A stretch of 64,000 nt of DNA from Dictyostelium discoideum. Lineage: Eukaryota. The notes under the pieces were generated by a model. The model was given only the letters and a program-made list of their open reading frames with translations, ran no database searches and was not told where the DNA came from. The first letter of the stretch is position 1, and each line of letters starts with the position of its first letter. A program made the translations under genes and the position numbers. Positions 12,079 through 23,346 of this stretch are shown here, one piece after another. The stretch lies in the NCBI GenBank assembly GCA_000004695.1, contig CM000154.2, forward strand, positions 2,720,001 through 2,784,000, written 5' to 3'.

Positions 12079-12132
<54 letters not shown>
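10800..12132 (+). mobile_element. Cluster of retroelement fragments: ORF C-terminus plus poly(A), a 123-aa ORF, and a 3'-UTR-like module ending in a 53-nt poly(A)
   Basis: 10800..11075 is the open tail of an ORF (...RCTDNRESINRTASIKRRLEKFSHNWNSKLMTINIPEHFIPYCSYNTNYS*) followed directly by A35 and (AAT)n. The ORF 11270..11641 is a basic protein with no cellular homologue I recognise. 11801..12079 (aggaaactaaccctctttcagaggccctgtaaa...aataaaatgagatcaaggagatgcaact...ttcctttaatggataaacc) is followed by A53 at 12080..12132. A second copy of this module is at 51395..51750, and a short piece (ataaataaatctattaattattgttaatttccttaatggataaac) is at 7705..7755. Confidence 0.4.
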
Positions 12133-12135
<3 letters not shown>

Positions 12136-12173
12136 AACCAATCTGGATTGGGAAATCAATTTTTATTTTTTTA

Positions 12174-15100
12174 TTAATTACTTTTAATTTGTTTTGGAGT
12201 TATATCAAGACCAATTACATTTTGAATGAAATCTAAAATATGATGTTGTTTATGATAATGACATTCTAAAATTAATTTTTTAAAACTAATTTTTGAGAGG
12301 AAACCTTTTCTAGCGAATAATAAAGATTTCTTATCGAAAATGAATTGATGATTATAAAAAATATGTTGAAAGATATTAATTCTACCATAGATCGAAGCTT
12401 TTGATAGAAGAGAAGAGAAATGACGTTGACATTGTGAGAAACAAGCTCTAGATTCTCTTTCATCTTTATCGAGTAAAGTTAGTAACTCTGATTGTTGTTT
12501 CATTAGGGGTATACAAGATCTGATGTATTTTTCAAGTGCGACGACATCACCATATTTACCAATATCATCCAATACCAACGCCAAACCAACTGGCATAATT
12601 TTCTTTGAACCTTCATTAGTATCATCATAGTAATAACCTTTTCTTAATACGATATCCAATCTACCAGCTCTGTACAACATATGACTTTGAACGGATTGAG
12701 TTATAACACATCTACCACCAATTAATAAATCTTCACTACGATTTTCAAATATCCAATCAAAGAATCTTTTAAGATGAGTTGATTCTTGAAACATTTGTTC
12801 TGGATAATATTTTAATTCTGTACCTTCCAAAATGGTTGAAAAACTTGAAATTATCTCTTGGAAAATTAATTGTCTCTCTATATTTAAATTTAATAATGGT
12901 TCACCCGATGAAGTAGTTGGTGATAGTATTGCAGAGAGTAATAGAATTTCATTGGTTACAATTGTATATAAACCATATGGATCTTCAACTATATAAGCCA
13001 ACATTTTCAAATAGTTATTATAATTCTTTAAAGAAGAACCCCATTCAAATATGAAATGAAAATCATCGAATGAAGCTCTAACTTTTTTATTTGATACAAT
13101 TATACCTTTATCCATATCATCAAGTACCATTAATTGATCATATTTTCTTAATAGTTCAACATTTTGAAAACCATAAAAATCGGCTGTTAAAGAATTTGAT
13201 TGTGGTAAATAAAAATGATCTCTAAAATTTGAAAAACAAAATTCTAACATTTCAATTGATCTAATAAATCTTGGAATTTTTAAATTATAAATTTCACTAT
13301 TACTTTTTGCAATATAACAAAAATTTGAAATTAATGGAAATTCTTTAATAACAATTGATAATAATTCTAAATTATTATTTTCAATTATTAAATAAAATAA
13401 TAATAATCTATCTAAAATTCCACCAATTACTGTACCACCATTACCATTACCATTACCATTACTATTACCATTTTCAATTGATGAATTATAAATTTTTTTT
13501 ATAAATTTTAATTGTTTATTTAAATTATTTGGTGAAACATATTTAAATAAAAGATTTGGAGTGATTTCATTACGATATTTATTTGAAAGGAAAGCATATT
13601 TCATTTCAACTTCTTTATATTCAATCCAATAACCTGGTGAACCATATTTTAAAGATTGTTTAAAACAATTTGAATCAAAAACTCTGGTTACTCTATAATC
13701 GAATAGATCTTCATCATCCAAGTCTTGATCATAACAATTTTCATTACCATAGATTATTTTATACATAAAATTACAATAAACTTTTAGATGTGGATTAAGT
13801 GAAACGTAAAGTTCAGCTAACCTCTTTATACCATCATAATCTTCTTTTTCACCATCTTTTAATAACTGTTTTTGAATAACCTTTTTAACAAAACAATGTT
13901 TTTCTTCTTTTGTAATTTGAGTTTCAATAAATTCAATCTCTGCCATTGTATTGATTGTAAATGATGCTTGAGTAATCTCTTCCTCTTCTTCATTATCACT
14001 ATCTTCATAATGTCTTTTATAATATTGTTGTTGATATTGATTCTTTAAATCAAATGTAACAATTAGTTTACATGAATTTATTAATTGTTTAATTGTAAAT
14101 TGATTAAATACTGTTTTAGTTTTAATTTTTGAATATTCAATTGTATTATTTGATAAATTTGAATTATTATTATTATTGTTATTATTATTATTGTTATTAT
14201 TGTTATTGTTATTATTATTATTATTATTGATATTATTATTATTATTATTATTAATATTATTATTAAAAGTAAAAGAATTTAATAAATTTGAATAATTGAA
14301 AATTTGATTTTTTAAATTTTTATTAAATTGTAAAATATCATTTTCATTATTATCATTAATTAATTTTGCATCGGCAATTACTAAATTTATAATATTTGAA
14401 TAAGTGAATAATCTTAATTGAATTAATAAATTAATGATTTTAATTGATGGATTATTAATTTTTGAAAACATTTCAATATCAAATGGTTTATTATTTGGAT
14501 TTAATGACATTTGACGATGAATGGTTGTTACGATTAATTTCACCATTTTATAAGACCCACTCTTAATAGCCAATTGTAATGAATGATTCATAACTGGTCT
14601 AAATTGGAATTCCGATATCAATAGCTTTGTTGCAACCAAACAATTACATTCAATAGCTAATGAACCAACTAAATAAATATCGATTGGATATCTTTTATTA
14701 ATTCTATCAAATATGAATTCTGAATAATTTGTAAAGAGGTCCCTATAGAATGACTTATCTTGAATGGATCGAATTGAATTGAAAATCTTTTTAAACATTT
14801 TACAAAATTCATATTTTGTATTTTGATCTTCATCATCATTCACATCACCATCATTAATGGTATTATGATTACAAAATACCAATAAATCACCTCTACTAAC
14901 TTTATATTTTAATAATCCGAAATAATTTGAATCTACAATCCAAGATACATGAATGATTTGATCATATTTAAATGTTTTACTAAATATATAATTATAACAA
15001 TAAAAGAATTTATCATCACTTGAGGTCATTGGTGAGGATGATGATGACGTTGTTGTCATGGTACTTTGTTGTTGTTGTTGTTGTTGTTGCTGTTGATCAA

Positions 15101-16382
15101 AGAAACCACCTCTTGATAAATTACCAATAATCTTTCTAAATAATACAATATTTCTAAAAATTCTCCAAAATAATTGTTCTAAATGTTCAATATCTTTAAT
15201 TGGTAAATCATAGATTGTACTATTGTTTACTAATTTTTTTGAATTTGATTTTTGTTGTTGATTCTTTTCACTTTGATATTCTCTATACTTTTGTTTCTTT
15301 TTCTTATGATTTTCAATGAATGATTTAATCCTCTGAAATGTTTCACCCTTTGTATTGTTACCCATTGGGACACCCAAAGTTTTACCAATTTTTCTTAATT
15401 CCACTGCTGTTAATTTCTCTAATTTTCTAATATCAATACCTTTTAAAATATTATCTAAATAAATTTCATCATCTTTATATTCATCATTATGATATTCTTT
15501 TTTTCTTTTTAATCTTCTTAATTCATTAATTCTTTCATTTTCTGTTTGTTGTTGTTGTTGTTCTTGTTGTTGTTGTTGTTCTTGTTGTTGTTTTGGTTTT
15601 AACTGTTGGTGTATTTGTGGTAATAATGGTATTGGTGGTGGTGGTGGTTGTTGTTGTTGTTGTTGTTGTGGTGGTGGTTGTTTAGATTTTTGTTGAATTT
15701 GTTGTAAAGATTGTGAAGAAAGTTGTTGTTGTAATTGTGATTGAGATGATTGCTTTTTTAATTGTGATACATGAATTTGTTGTGAGAATCTATTATTTGG
15801 TGGTACGAAATTTTGATGAGTATTTATTAATTCTTGATAATCATTATGTCTCTCTAATAAATCTAATTGCTCTTGATTTCTTCTTTGTAAAAGTTGTTGT
15901 CTCTCTAAAATTTGTTGTCTTTGAATTTGTTGTTGAATTTCAATTTGAGTTTGATACTCTTCTTTTGAAATCTTTAAATTATTAATATCATTATCATTTT
16001 CATTTGAATTATTATTATTAGGAAGAGGAGAAGGAGTAGAAGAAAGAGAAGGAGTATTTAAATTATTTTGAATAATTAAATTATTTATAATTGGTGGCGA
16101 TACAATTTGTGGTGGTTGTACAGTTGTTGTGGTTGTTGTGGTTGTTGTGGTTGTTGTTGTAGTTTTTGTTGTTGGCAATATTGTTGGAGGTGCTATTGTA
16201 GTTGTTTGTGGTGGTGATGGTGGTGATGGCGGTGATACAATTTGTGGTGGTTGTACAGTTGTTGTTGTTACATTAGATATTGGTTTTGGTTGGAAAATGT
16301 TTTCATTATTTTTTATAAAATTTATTTGTGGTGGTGCCACAGTTGTGGTATGAGGTTTTTTCGAAGCCTCTATATCTTTCAT
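12174..16382 (-). CDS. SAP-domain-containing protein with T/P/Q-rich N-terminal region and large uncharacterised C-terminal region (1402 aa, apparently single exon)
   Basis: Track ORF. It contains a SAP (SAF-A/B, Acinus, PIAS) motif: LEKLTAVELRKIGKTLGVPMGNNTKGETFQRIKSFI. Poly-T, poly-Q and poly-N tracts surround it. I see no other recognisable catalytic domain. Confidence 0.65.
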   Translation of the reverse strand: MKDIEASKKPHTTTVAPPQINFIKNNENIFQPKPISNVTTTTVQPPQIVSPPSPPSPPQTTTIAPPTILPTTKTTTTTTTTTTTTTTVQPPQIVSPPIINNLIIQNNLNTPSLSSTPSPLPNNNNSNENDNDINNLKISKEEYQTQIEIQQQIQRQQILERQQLLQRRNQEQLDLLERHNDYQELINTHQNFVPPNNRFSQQIHVSQLKKQSSQSQLQQQLSSQSLQQIQQKSKQPPPQQQQQQQPPPPPIPLLPQIHQQLKPKQQQEQQQQQEQQQQQTENERINELRRLKRKKEYHNDEYKDDEIYLDNILKGIDIRKLEKLTAVELRKIGKTLGVPMGNNTKGETFQRIKSFIENHKKKKQKYREYQSEKNQQQKSNSKKLVNNSTIYDLPIKDIEHLEQLFWRIFRNIVLFRKIIGNLSRGGFFDQQQQQQQQQQSTMTTTSSSSSPMTSSDDKFFYCYNYIFSKTFKYDQIIHVSWIVDSNYFGLLKYKVSRGDLLVFCNHNTINDGDVNDDEDQNTKYEFCKMFKKIFNSIRSIQDKSFYRDLFTNYSEFIFDRINKRYPIDIYLVGSLAIECNCLVATKLLISEFQFRPVMNHSLQLAIKSGSYKMVKLIVTTIHRQMSLNPNNKPFDIEMFSKINNPSIKIINLLIQLRLFTYSNIINLVIADAKLINDNNENDILQFNKNLKNQIFNYSNLLNSFTFNNNINNNNNNNINNNNNNNNNNNNNNNNNNNNNNSNLSNNTIEYSKIKTKTVFNQFTIKQLINSCKLIVTFDLKNQYQQQYYKRHYEDSDNEEEEEITQASFTINTMAEIEFIETQITKEEKHCFVKKVIQKQLLKDGEKEDYDGIKRLAELYVSLNPHLKVYCNFMYKIIYGNENCYDQDLDDEDLFDYRVTRVFDSNCFKQSLKYGSPGYWIEYKEVEMKYAFLSNKYRNEITPNLLFKYVSPNNLNKQLKFIKKIYNSSIENGNSNGNGNGNGGTVIGGILDRLLLFYLIIENNNLELLSIVIKEFPLISNFCYIAKSNSEIYNLKIPRFIRSIEMLEFCFSNFRDHFYLPQSNSLTADFYGFQNVELLRKYDQLMVLDDMDKGIIVSNKKVRASFDDFHFIFEWGSSLKNYNNYLKMLAYIVEDPYGLYTIVTNEILLLSAILSPTTSSGEPLLNLNIERQLIFQEIISSFSTILEGTELKYYPEQMFQESTHLKRFFDWIFENRSEDLLIGGRCVITQSVQSHMLYRAGRLDIVLRKGYYYDDTNEGSKKIMPVGLALVLDDIGKYGDVVALEKYIRSCIPLMKQQSELLTLLDKDERESRACFSQCQRHFSSLLSKASIYGRINIFQHIFYNHQFIFDKKSLLFARKGFLSKISFKKLILECHYHKQHHILDFIQNVIGLDITPKQIKSN

Positions 16383-16532
16383 TTTCGTTCGATAAAATTA
16401 AAAAAAAAAAAAATAAAAAAAATAAAAATAAAAATAAAACATTTGCAGAAAAAAAAAAAAAAAAATTCAAAAAAAAATAAAAATAAAAAAAAAAAAAATT
16501 ATTAGTTTTTCTTTATAGATCTTGGTGATTTT

Positions 16533-16563
<31 letters not shown>

Positions 16564-17233
16564 CAATGAAAAAAAAAATAAAAAATTTAAAAAAAATTAA
16601 GATCTTTGATGAGTTAATCATAAATCAATCTTAAAAAAAAAAAAAAAAAAAATATTATTTTCAAATAAAATTAAAATCGAATTAATTTAATTAATAATAA
16701 TTAATAATAAATAAAAAAAAAAATAAAAAAAATTAACTTTTATAAACTTAAAAAAATTATAAAATAAAAAAATAAAAAAAAAGATTTTATTTGAATTAAT
16801 TATTTAAATACATATTTAATACATGTTGTTATTTAAATCATTTTTTTAAGTTTTTTTTTTATATTTTTATTTTTTTTTTTTATTTAAATAATTAAAAATA
16901 TTTCAAACCAAGCTCGCACACACACCAATCATCCACATAAATATATAAAAAAAATAAGAATATCACCACATTTTTTTAATTCTCCATATAAGTACAAAAA
17001 ACTAGTTATGTTTTACACATAAAATCTTCAATTTAAAATTTTATTTTATTTTTTATTTTTTTTTATTTTTTTTATATTTTTTTAATATTAAACTCCCTTT
17101 AAAAAAAAAAAAAAAAACTATTATTTAAAAATAAAATCAAATTAATACATAGAAAATAAAAAATCAAATAATAACATTACAAAAAAAATAAAAAAAATAA
17201 AAAAATTAAGTAAATTATAATTATCGATCTTTG

Positions 17234-17270
<37 letters not shown>

Positions 17271-17274
<4 letters not shown>

Positions 17275-18674
17275 GAGGTGATATTCATCTTTGTTCAATG
17301 ATTTTAGGTAAAAATCATTTAATTTTTTTATATTTTGCAAATTTATTTGGTAGTACATTATCATTTTTAGCAACTATTATTACAATAGTATTTTATTTAG
17401 TTAAAAAATATATTCAAAATAAATCATTTAGAGAAAATCCACACCAATATTGTCATCAACACCAATATTTCGATTCATCAAAACTTAATGAAATTAATAA
17501 TAGTGGAGTTGGTTCATATTCATCAACTCCAATCTCAATTCAAAATAATAATAATAAAAATAATAACCTCCCAAAACAAAAAAATAATGAAAAACAGCCA
17601 TTAATAAATAAAAATCATAATAACTATTGTAATTATTCGACATCAGCAACTTCATCATCATCGAGTTCATCATCATTTTCTTCGACCAATAGTGGATCAT
17701 CATATGAATATCAACAACCACAAAAAAATCAACAAACCCTATCATCATCTGATAAAAACAATACAATTCCATCAACAAATACAAAATATGAAATTGAATT
17801 ATCAATTCCACAATTTAAAGGAAACAAATGTGGGCCAAATTGTTTACTTTTTTCAAATATACCACAAATTAAAAATGCATTAGAACAAAAGAAAAATCCA
17901 AAGAAAATTGACACTTTAATATTTTATCTTTCAATATCAGGTTTGTATAATTTAAATTAATTAATTTATTTATATATATATTAATTATTTTATTTTATTT
18001 TATTTTTTTATATAGATTTTATTGCAGTATCAGGAATAATTATAGAACAATTAATAATTATATTTAATAAAGAGATATCAAAATCAATTGGATTTTGTAT
18101 TGGTGAAAGAGTTTCAATTCATTTTGGATTATTGGCAACATTATTTTGGTCAAATTGTATTGCATATTATTTATTAAGAGAAACTTATGAATTGAAACCA
18201 TATAATATTAGATTTGTTTATTTTCATATAGTTTGTTGGGGTATGGCATTGATTGGTGTTGCAAGTTTATTCTTTTCAAAGATTATAACAGTTTCAAATA
18301 TTGATCAAGGTGGTAGTTGGTGTTCAGTTTCATCATCTTATCAATTATACTTTTGGGTGATACCATTGTTTGTTTCATTCACTTGGAATTTAATATGTTA
18401 TTGTTTAATTTATAGAAAGTTTAATAAAATAATTGGAATTTATGGTATTCAATCAGTACAAATAAAAACAATCATCATTAGAAAACTTTCATTCTATTTA
18501 TTGGCATTTTTAATTACTTGGGTTTGGGATGTAATTAATAATTCAATTTTCTTATATGAAGGAAAATGTCCACCATTTGCACTTTGGATACTTCAAGAAT
18601 TTTTTTCTTCTGGTTATGGATTTTTTAATTCTTTAGCATATGCTGTTACAACTAGATTCTATAGTAGAAAATGA
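17271..18674 (+). CDS. cAMP-receptor-like (cAR/crl family) 7TM G-protein-coupled receptor; join(17271..17940,18016..18674); an alternative acceptor is at 18028
   Basis: Track ORFs 17271..17960 and 18132..18674 are joined by a phase-1 intron (donor GTTTGT at 17941, acceptor TATAG 18015 or TTGCAG 18027; both keep frame). The exon 2 motif QGGSWCSVSSSYQLYFWVIPLFVSFTWNLICYCLIYRK resembles the conserved VGNWCWIG...FIW extracellular-loop-2/TM5 region of Dictyostelium cAR1. Several hydrophobic helices are present. Confidence 0.6.
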
Positions 18675-18985
18675 TTTCTATTATAAATAGAATGAAATAA
18701 TAAAAAAATAATTTGTAAAAAAAAAAAAAAAAAAAAAATAGAATAAATATATAAATATAAAATAATAAAAATAAAATAATAATAAAAAAAAAAAAAAAAA
18801 AAGGTATTAATTCGAATAAATATAAATATAAAATTATAAAAACTAAAATTTAATTCTATCTATTTTATTCGTATAATTTTTTATGAAACTTCAGAAAATA
18901 AAAAAAAAAAAATAAAGACATGAAATTATAGGAATAAAATACATAGAGTTTTTATTTTTAAATGTTGATAATAATTATTATTAAA

Positions 18986-19030
<45 letters not shown>

Positions 19031-19033
19031 CTT

Positions 19034-19645
19034 CTAATCGTCAATTGACAAATCAATCAATTGTTCAAATGTTAAATGTTTAAGATCTTCAAATGTTTGC
19101 ACATCGACAATATCAAAACGAGCTCCTTCCTTCTTTAAATTATCATCTAATTTCTTTAAAAATTTAGAAGCTGATCTATCATTACCAATTTGAATGAATG
19201 AAATTGAAAGATCTTCATCTCTATTAAGTTTTTTAGTTGTTGATATAATTAATTTTTTAACATCGGATTCAGAGTTTGGAATACCGTCAGTAATAACCAA
19301 AATAGTTTCTGGTTTATTACCTTTTACAAAGTGATCATTAATAGCTTGGTTTAAAACACCATATAAATCTGTAGTACCACTTGGTTTTTCTCTTGCAAAT
19401 AATCCCATTACTGTTTGTGCATCTCTAATATTTTCATATTTTGGATGTCTAGAACTTGGACTTCCAAAGAAATAAATATTAATACCATCTGGATCTGCTC
19501 CACATGCAAATGGTGCAATTTTTGCTACTGCTGCTTCACATTGTTTCCATAAACCACCACTCATACCTAGGATTATATAAATAAATAAATAAAAAGACAA
19601 GGTTTAATATGTAATTAGTTACATTTAAATAAGTTATAATAGATC

Positions 19646-19682
<37 letters not shown>

Positions 19683-20343
19683 TACTACCACTCTTATCGA
19701 TAATAAGTGTATAATCTCTTGCATAACGATGTTTAACATGATCAAAGAATTTAACTAATGATACACCTGGCATAGTTGGTGCTGGTTTACCATATCCCAT
19801 TGGTTGTGGTTGACCGTATTGACCTGCTTGTGGTGGTGCGCCATATGGTGGTTGACCGTATTGACCTGCTTGTGGTGGTGCACCATAAGGTGGTTGGCCA
19901 TATTGGCCTGCTTGTGGTGGTGCACCATAAGGTGGTTGACCGTATGGTGGTTGACCATATTGACCTGCTTTTATTTTGTATTATATATATATATGATTAG
20001 ATTATTGATTATCTCTACCTAAAAACTATTTAATAAATGATAATTACCTGCTTGTGGTGGTTGGCCATATGGTGGTTGACCATATTGACCTGCTTGTGGT
20101 TTATATTGTTGTGGTGGTGGTTGACCATATTGACCTGCTTGTGGTGGTGGTTGGCCATATTGTCCTGCTTGTGGTGGTGGTGCTCCATATTGACCTGGTT
20201 GTGGTGCTCCATATTGACCTGGTTGTGGTGCTCCATATTGACCTGGTTGTGGTGCTCCATATTGTCCAGGTTGTGGTGGGCCTAAAGGTTGTTGAGAATA
20301 TTGTGGTGGGTAACCTTGTTGTGGTGGGTATCTAATTAATTAT

Positions 20344-20374
<31 letters not shown>

Positions 20375-20533
20375 TAATAAATAAATATGATTTCGATAGA
20401 TATTTATAATTGAATCACTCCAGATATAAATATGAGTTATTGAACTTTTTTTTTTTTTTTTTTTTTTTTTTTGCCACATATTGCAAATTTTTTTTTCTAT
20501 ACATTATAAATTTTTTTTTCTATACATTTATTA

Positions 20534-20564
<31 letters not shown>

Positions 20565-20700
20565 GGTCACAACGAATAATAAAAGTTGTAAATACAAACC
20601 CTTGTTGTGGTGCTCCATATTGGCCGGGTTGAGGAGGACCTAAAGGAGGTTGAGAATTTTGAGGATATCCTTTTGGTATGTTATATTCGCCTGGTTTCAT
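19034..20700 (-). CDS. von Willebrand factor A (vWA) domain protein with N-terminal Gly/Tyr/Pro/Gln-rich repeats; complement(join(19034..19566,19686..19967,20048..20331,20599..20700)), about 400 aa
   Basis: Exon 1 is [34 protein letters not shown] (track ORF 20497..20700) ending GG|GTTTGT. Exons 2 and 3 encode about 25 tandem (A)[12 protein letters not shown] repeats, resembling the GYPPQQ repeats of Dictyostelium annexin VII. Exon 3 ends in the MIDAS motif D-K-S-G-S, completed across the intron (A|GTATGT...CCTAG|GT). Exon 4 (track ORF 19034..19600) is a full vWA fold (...[14 protein letters not shown]...). Coordinates are ±1 near 20581-20600; see the caveat. Confidence 0.6.
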
Positions 20701-20843
20701 ATTTATATTGAGTGTTGTATATAATTATATTGTGTAAATAAATAAAAAATTTAAATTATTTGTAAAAAAAAAAATAGATAAAAAAAATAAAACACACAAA
20801 CAATTAATCTTGCAAGAATAAATGAAAAAAAAAAAATTAATTA

Positions 20844-20899
<56 letters not shown>

Positions 20900-21187
20900 C
20901 GCAAAATGGTGCCATATTAATTAAATTTCATTTTTTCAGACCATTTTTGCTTGGAATTTTAAAAAAAATTTTTTTTTTTGTTGGCCAAAAAAGACATTGT
21001 GATCAAATGTGTCATTTGATTTATTTTTAGCATTAATTTTTTAAAAAATTTTGAAAAGGATCATTAATTTTTTTTTTTTTTTTTTTTTGACGAAGGGTTT
21101 GTGTATGAAATGTTTTTTTATTTATTTTTAAAATTTTTTTTAAAATCGGGAAATTTATTAGAAAAAAAAAAAAAATAAAAGAGTATC

Positions 21188-21246
21188 GGCCACATAAATA
21201 CCAAATTAATTCGATTCAATTAGTTGAATTTAAAGTTATTGGCCCT
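21188..21246 (+). repeat. 57-bp conserved element, copy 1 (cggccacataaataccaaattaattcgattcaattagttgaatttaaagttattggcc)
   Basis: The second copy at 26205..26262 has 54/57 identity, in the same orientation, 5 kb away. Copy 1 lies inside the open 5' extension of the CDS at 21295. Copy 2 is intergenic, followed by poly-T. Confidence 0.6.
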
Positions 21247-21294
21247 TCTTCTGAATTAAACATTATTTGTGAAAAAACTGATACAATTGGACCA

Positions 21295-23346
21295 TTGGTG
21301 ACTTCACTATTGGCATATAACCCGGAAACACTATCGTATGGTAAATCTGTTGAAGTTGGGTTTGAAATACATTTTAAAGACGATTTAAATGGTATTGCTG
21401 ATATTAATTTTACTATAATCTCAGACAAAGATAAAAATGGTTTTGATTTTAATTGTAAGCCACCAGAAATAAAAAATACTCATACATGTTCTCCAAGATG
21501 GAATGTAACCATACCACAGACATTTTACATATCCCAAATGTCCACAATAGATAGCAAGGGTTATTCAACTGAATATCCTAATATTAATAAAGTAAACCCA
21601 ATGATGGAAATTGTAGAAACTGATTATAATAAACTGATAGTTACAAGTAGTGGTGAAATGGACACAGATATCCCAACGTTGGTTCATTTCATTTCTAATA
21701 TATCATATATAAATAATCAATCAGATAGATCGATTTTAGTTAACTTTACTATTGAAGATACCAATAGTGGTGTTTCAATTAAATATCAACCAACAATTTA
21801 TACAATCCCAGATACTTTGAATATTCTTTCATTTCCATGCAAACACGAAGAGGGTTTGATCAACAACACCAAATACCGCCAGGTAAATTTTTACTGCGAG
21901 TTAATGTTACCATATTTATATGGCTATCCAAACGGTTTCTTATTTCAAATTCATGGTGTTTATGATAATCATTTTAATTCTGCAGGTTTTTCTTATGAAA
22001 ATAGCCAAAGATTTGGTTTTTTCATAAATGTTACAGTTGGTGATGATATACCATTCATTGAATCATTTAAAACTGATGAATCATATATAACCTCAAAAGG
22101 TTTTAAATTTGGAATTTCACCTAGTGTAATATATAACTCCAACTTCACACAAGAACTATTAATATTTTCTCCTTCCCCTTTTTTAAATAACAGTTTTATT
22201 CAATTTAAACCAAATTTAACCCAAAACATTATTGGAGAAACTATTTTGATCTACATTAATACCTCGGAAGGAAAATCCAACACTATTTCAATTGAATTGC
22301 CATGTAAAGGAGAGCCATTATGTGGTGGTCAGTCTCAAGGAATTTGCACCCTAATGGGGTGTAGATGTAAACCTGAATATACCGGGACTGATTGCTCATC
22401 AAATATTATTATTATAAATCCAAATATTAACTTAACCGTTTGGTTGTCCAATGGTTTGGTTAAGTTAATATTTGGATTTATAATAATAATATTTGGACAA
22501 TTACCATACACTCACCATCAATCTTTGATTTCTGTTCATTCTTTAAGAGAAGTTGATTTCAATGGTAAATTGGTTAATGAATATATATTTAATAATTGGA
22601 GTTATTATGGTTCAAATAATAGTTTCTCATATATAACAGATGTCAATAATAAAAATGTACCTGATAATAATGTAAAGGTTGAGGTTTTAATTAGACATGA
22701 TAAAGATGGCGGTTTAGTAGAATTTGCCGGCAAAAATGTTCCAATTTTGCTGGGAGCTGTTAAGTATTATTTTTCTCTTTCTAAGTATATATTTAAATCT
22801 CAGTTAAATACATTACATTTGGTAATGCATGCTGCTGTAGAAACTTCACAAAAAGAAAATGTGTGCATGGGTAGTGAGTTTGGAATTGATGGTTTGGAAC
22901 AAGAATCTCAATACTTTAAAGTTCAAATCAATGGTTTTAGTCTATATGGACAATTTATGACAAGAGCAATAATAGATGGTAAATTTATATCAATCAGAAA
23001 CCTACAGGTTAATAGTTCAGATTTTAAAAAATCTTTAAACACCAACACACATTCTCAAATTTATTTTGCAATTGAAATTCCTAATTATGAAATAAGGGCT
23101 GAATTAGATCCAAACTTTAGTGTCCTCTTGGAAAATACCAATAAACCAAATTCTCAAAATTTTGTTTGTGTTGGTGGTAAATCAGGAGGTTTGACATCTC
23201 TGCAAATGATTGGAATTATAATATCTTGTGTGGGAATGTTTGTGGTTGTTATTGTAATAATTTGTTATATTTCATATAAAAAATCAACTTTTCTTCGTGT
23301 TAAAGCAAGATTTGTATCCTTGAAATTAAAAAGTCTCAGAGACTAA
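21295..23346 (+). CDS. Type-I membrane protein with EGF-like module, TM helix and short basic tail (683 aa in the track ORF); 5' end unresolved
   Basis: Track ORF starting at an alternative TTG. The frame is open back to 21109 with no in-frame ATG, so a signal peptide or first exon is missing or unrecognised. It contains the EGF-like CKGEPLCGGQSQGICTLMGCRCKPEYTGTDC and a C-terminal TM segment LQMIGIIISCVGMFVVVIVIICYI followed by KKSTFLRVKARF. Many N-glycosylation sequons are present. Confidence 0.5.
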   Translation: MVTSLLAYNPETLSYGKSVEVGFEIHFKDDLNGIADINFTIISDKDKNGFDFNCKPPEIKNTHTCSPRWNVTIPQTFYISQMSTIDSKGYSTEYPNINKVNPMMEIVETDYNKLIVTSSGEMDTDIPTLVHFISNISYINNQSDRSILVNFTIEDTNSGVSIKYQPTIYTIPDTLNILSFPCKHEEGLINNTKYRQVNFYCELMLPYLYGYPNGFLFQIHGVYDNHFNSAGFSYENSQRFGFFINVTVGDDIPFIESFKTDESYITSKGFKFGISPSVIYNSNFTQELLIFSPSPFLNNSFIQFKPNLTQNIIGETILIYINTSEGKSNTISIELPCKGEPLCGGQSQGICTLMGCRCKPEYTGTDCSSNIIIINPNINLTVWLSNGLVKLIFGFIIIIFGQLPYTHHQSLISVHSLREVDFNGKLVNEYIFNNWSYYGSNNSFSYITDVNNKNVPDNNVKVEVLIRHDKDGGLVEFAGKNVPILLGAVKYYFSLSKYIFKSQLNTLHLVMHAAVETSQKENVCMGSEFGIDGLEQESQYFKVQINGFSLYGQFMTRAIIDGKFISIRNLQVNSSDFKKSLNTNTHSQIYFAIEIPNYEIRAELDPNFSVLLENTNKPNSQNFVCVGGKSGGLTSLQMIGIIISCVGMFVVVIVIICYISYKKSTFLRVKARFVSLKLKSLRD

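Noticed and set aside
19755-20335. Six overlapping track ORFs on both strands (MEHHNQVN..., [10 protein letters not shown]..., MIITCLWW...)
   Set aside because: They are alternate-frame translations of the GQYGQPP-coding DNA repeats of the vWA gene. Only the minus-strand frame joining the exons is protein-like. The same holds for 2847..3047 (poly-I frame of the ZFAND1 poly-N tract), 25201..25604, 44497..46458, 16129..16505, 9040..9911, 11431..11721 and 60564..60815.
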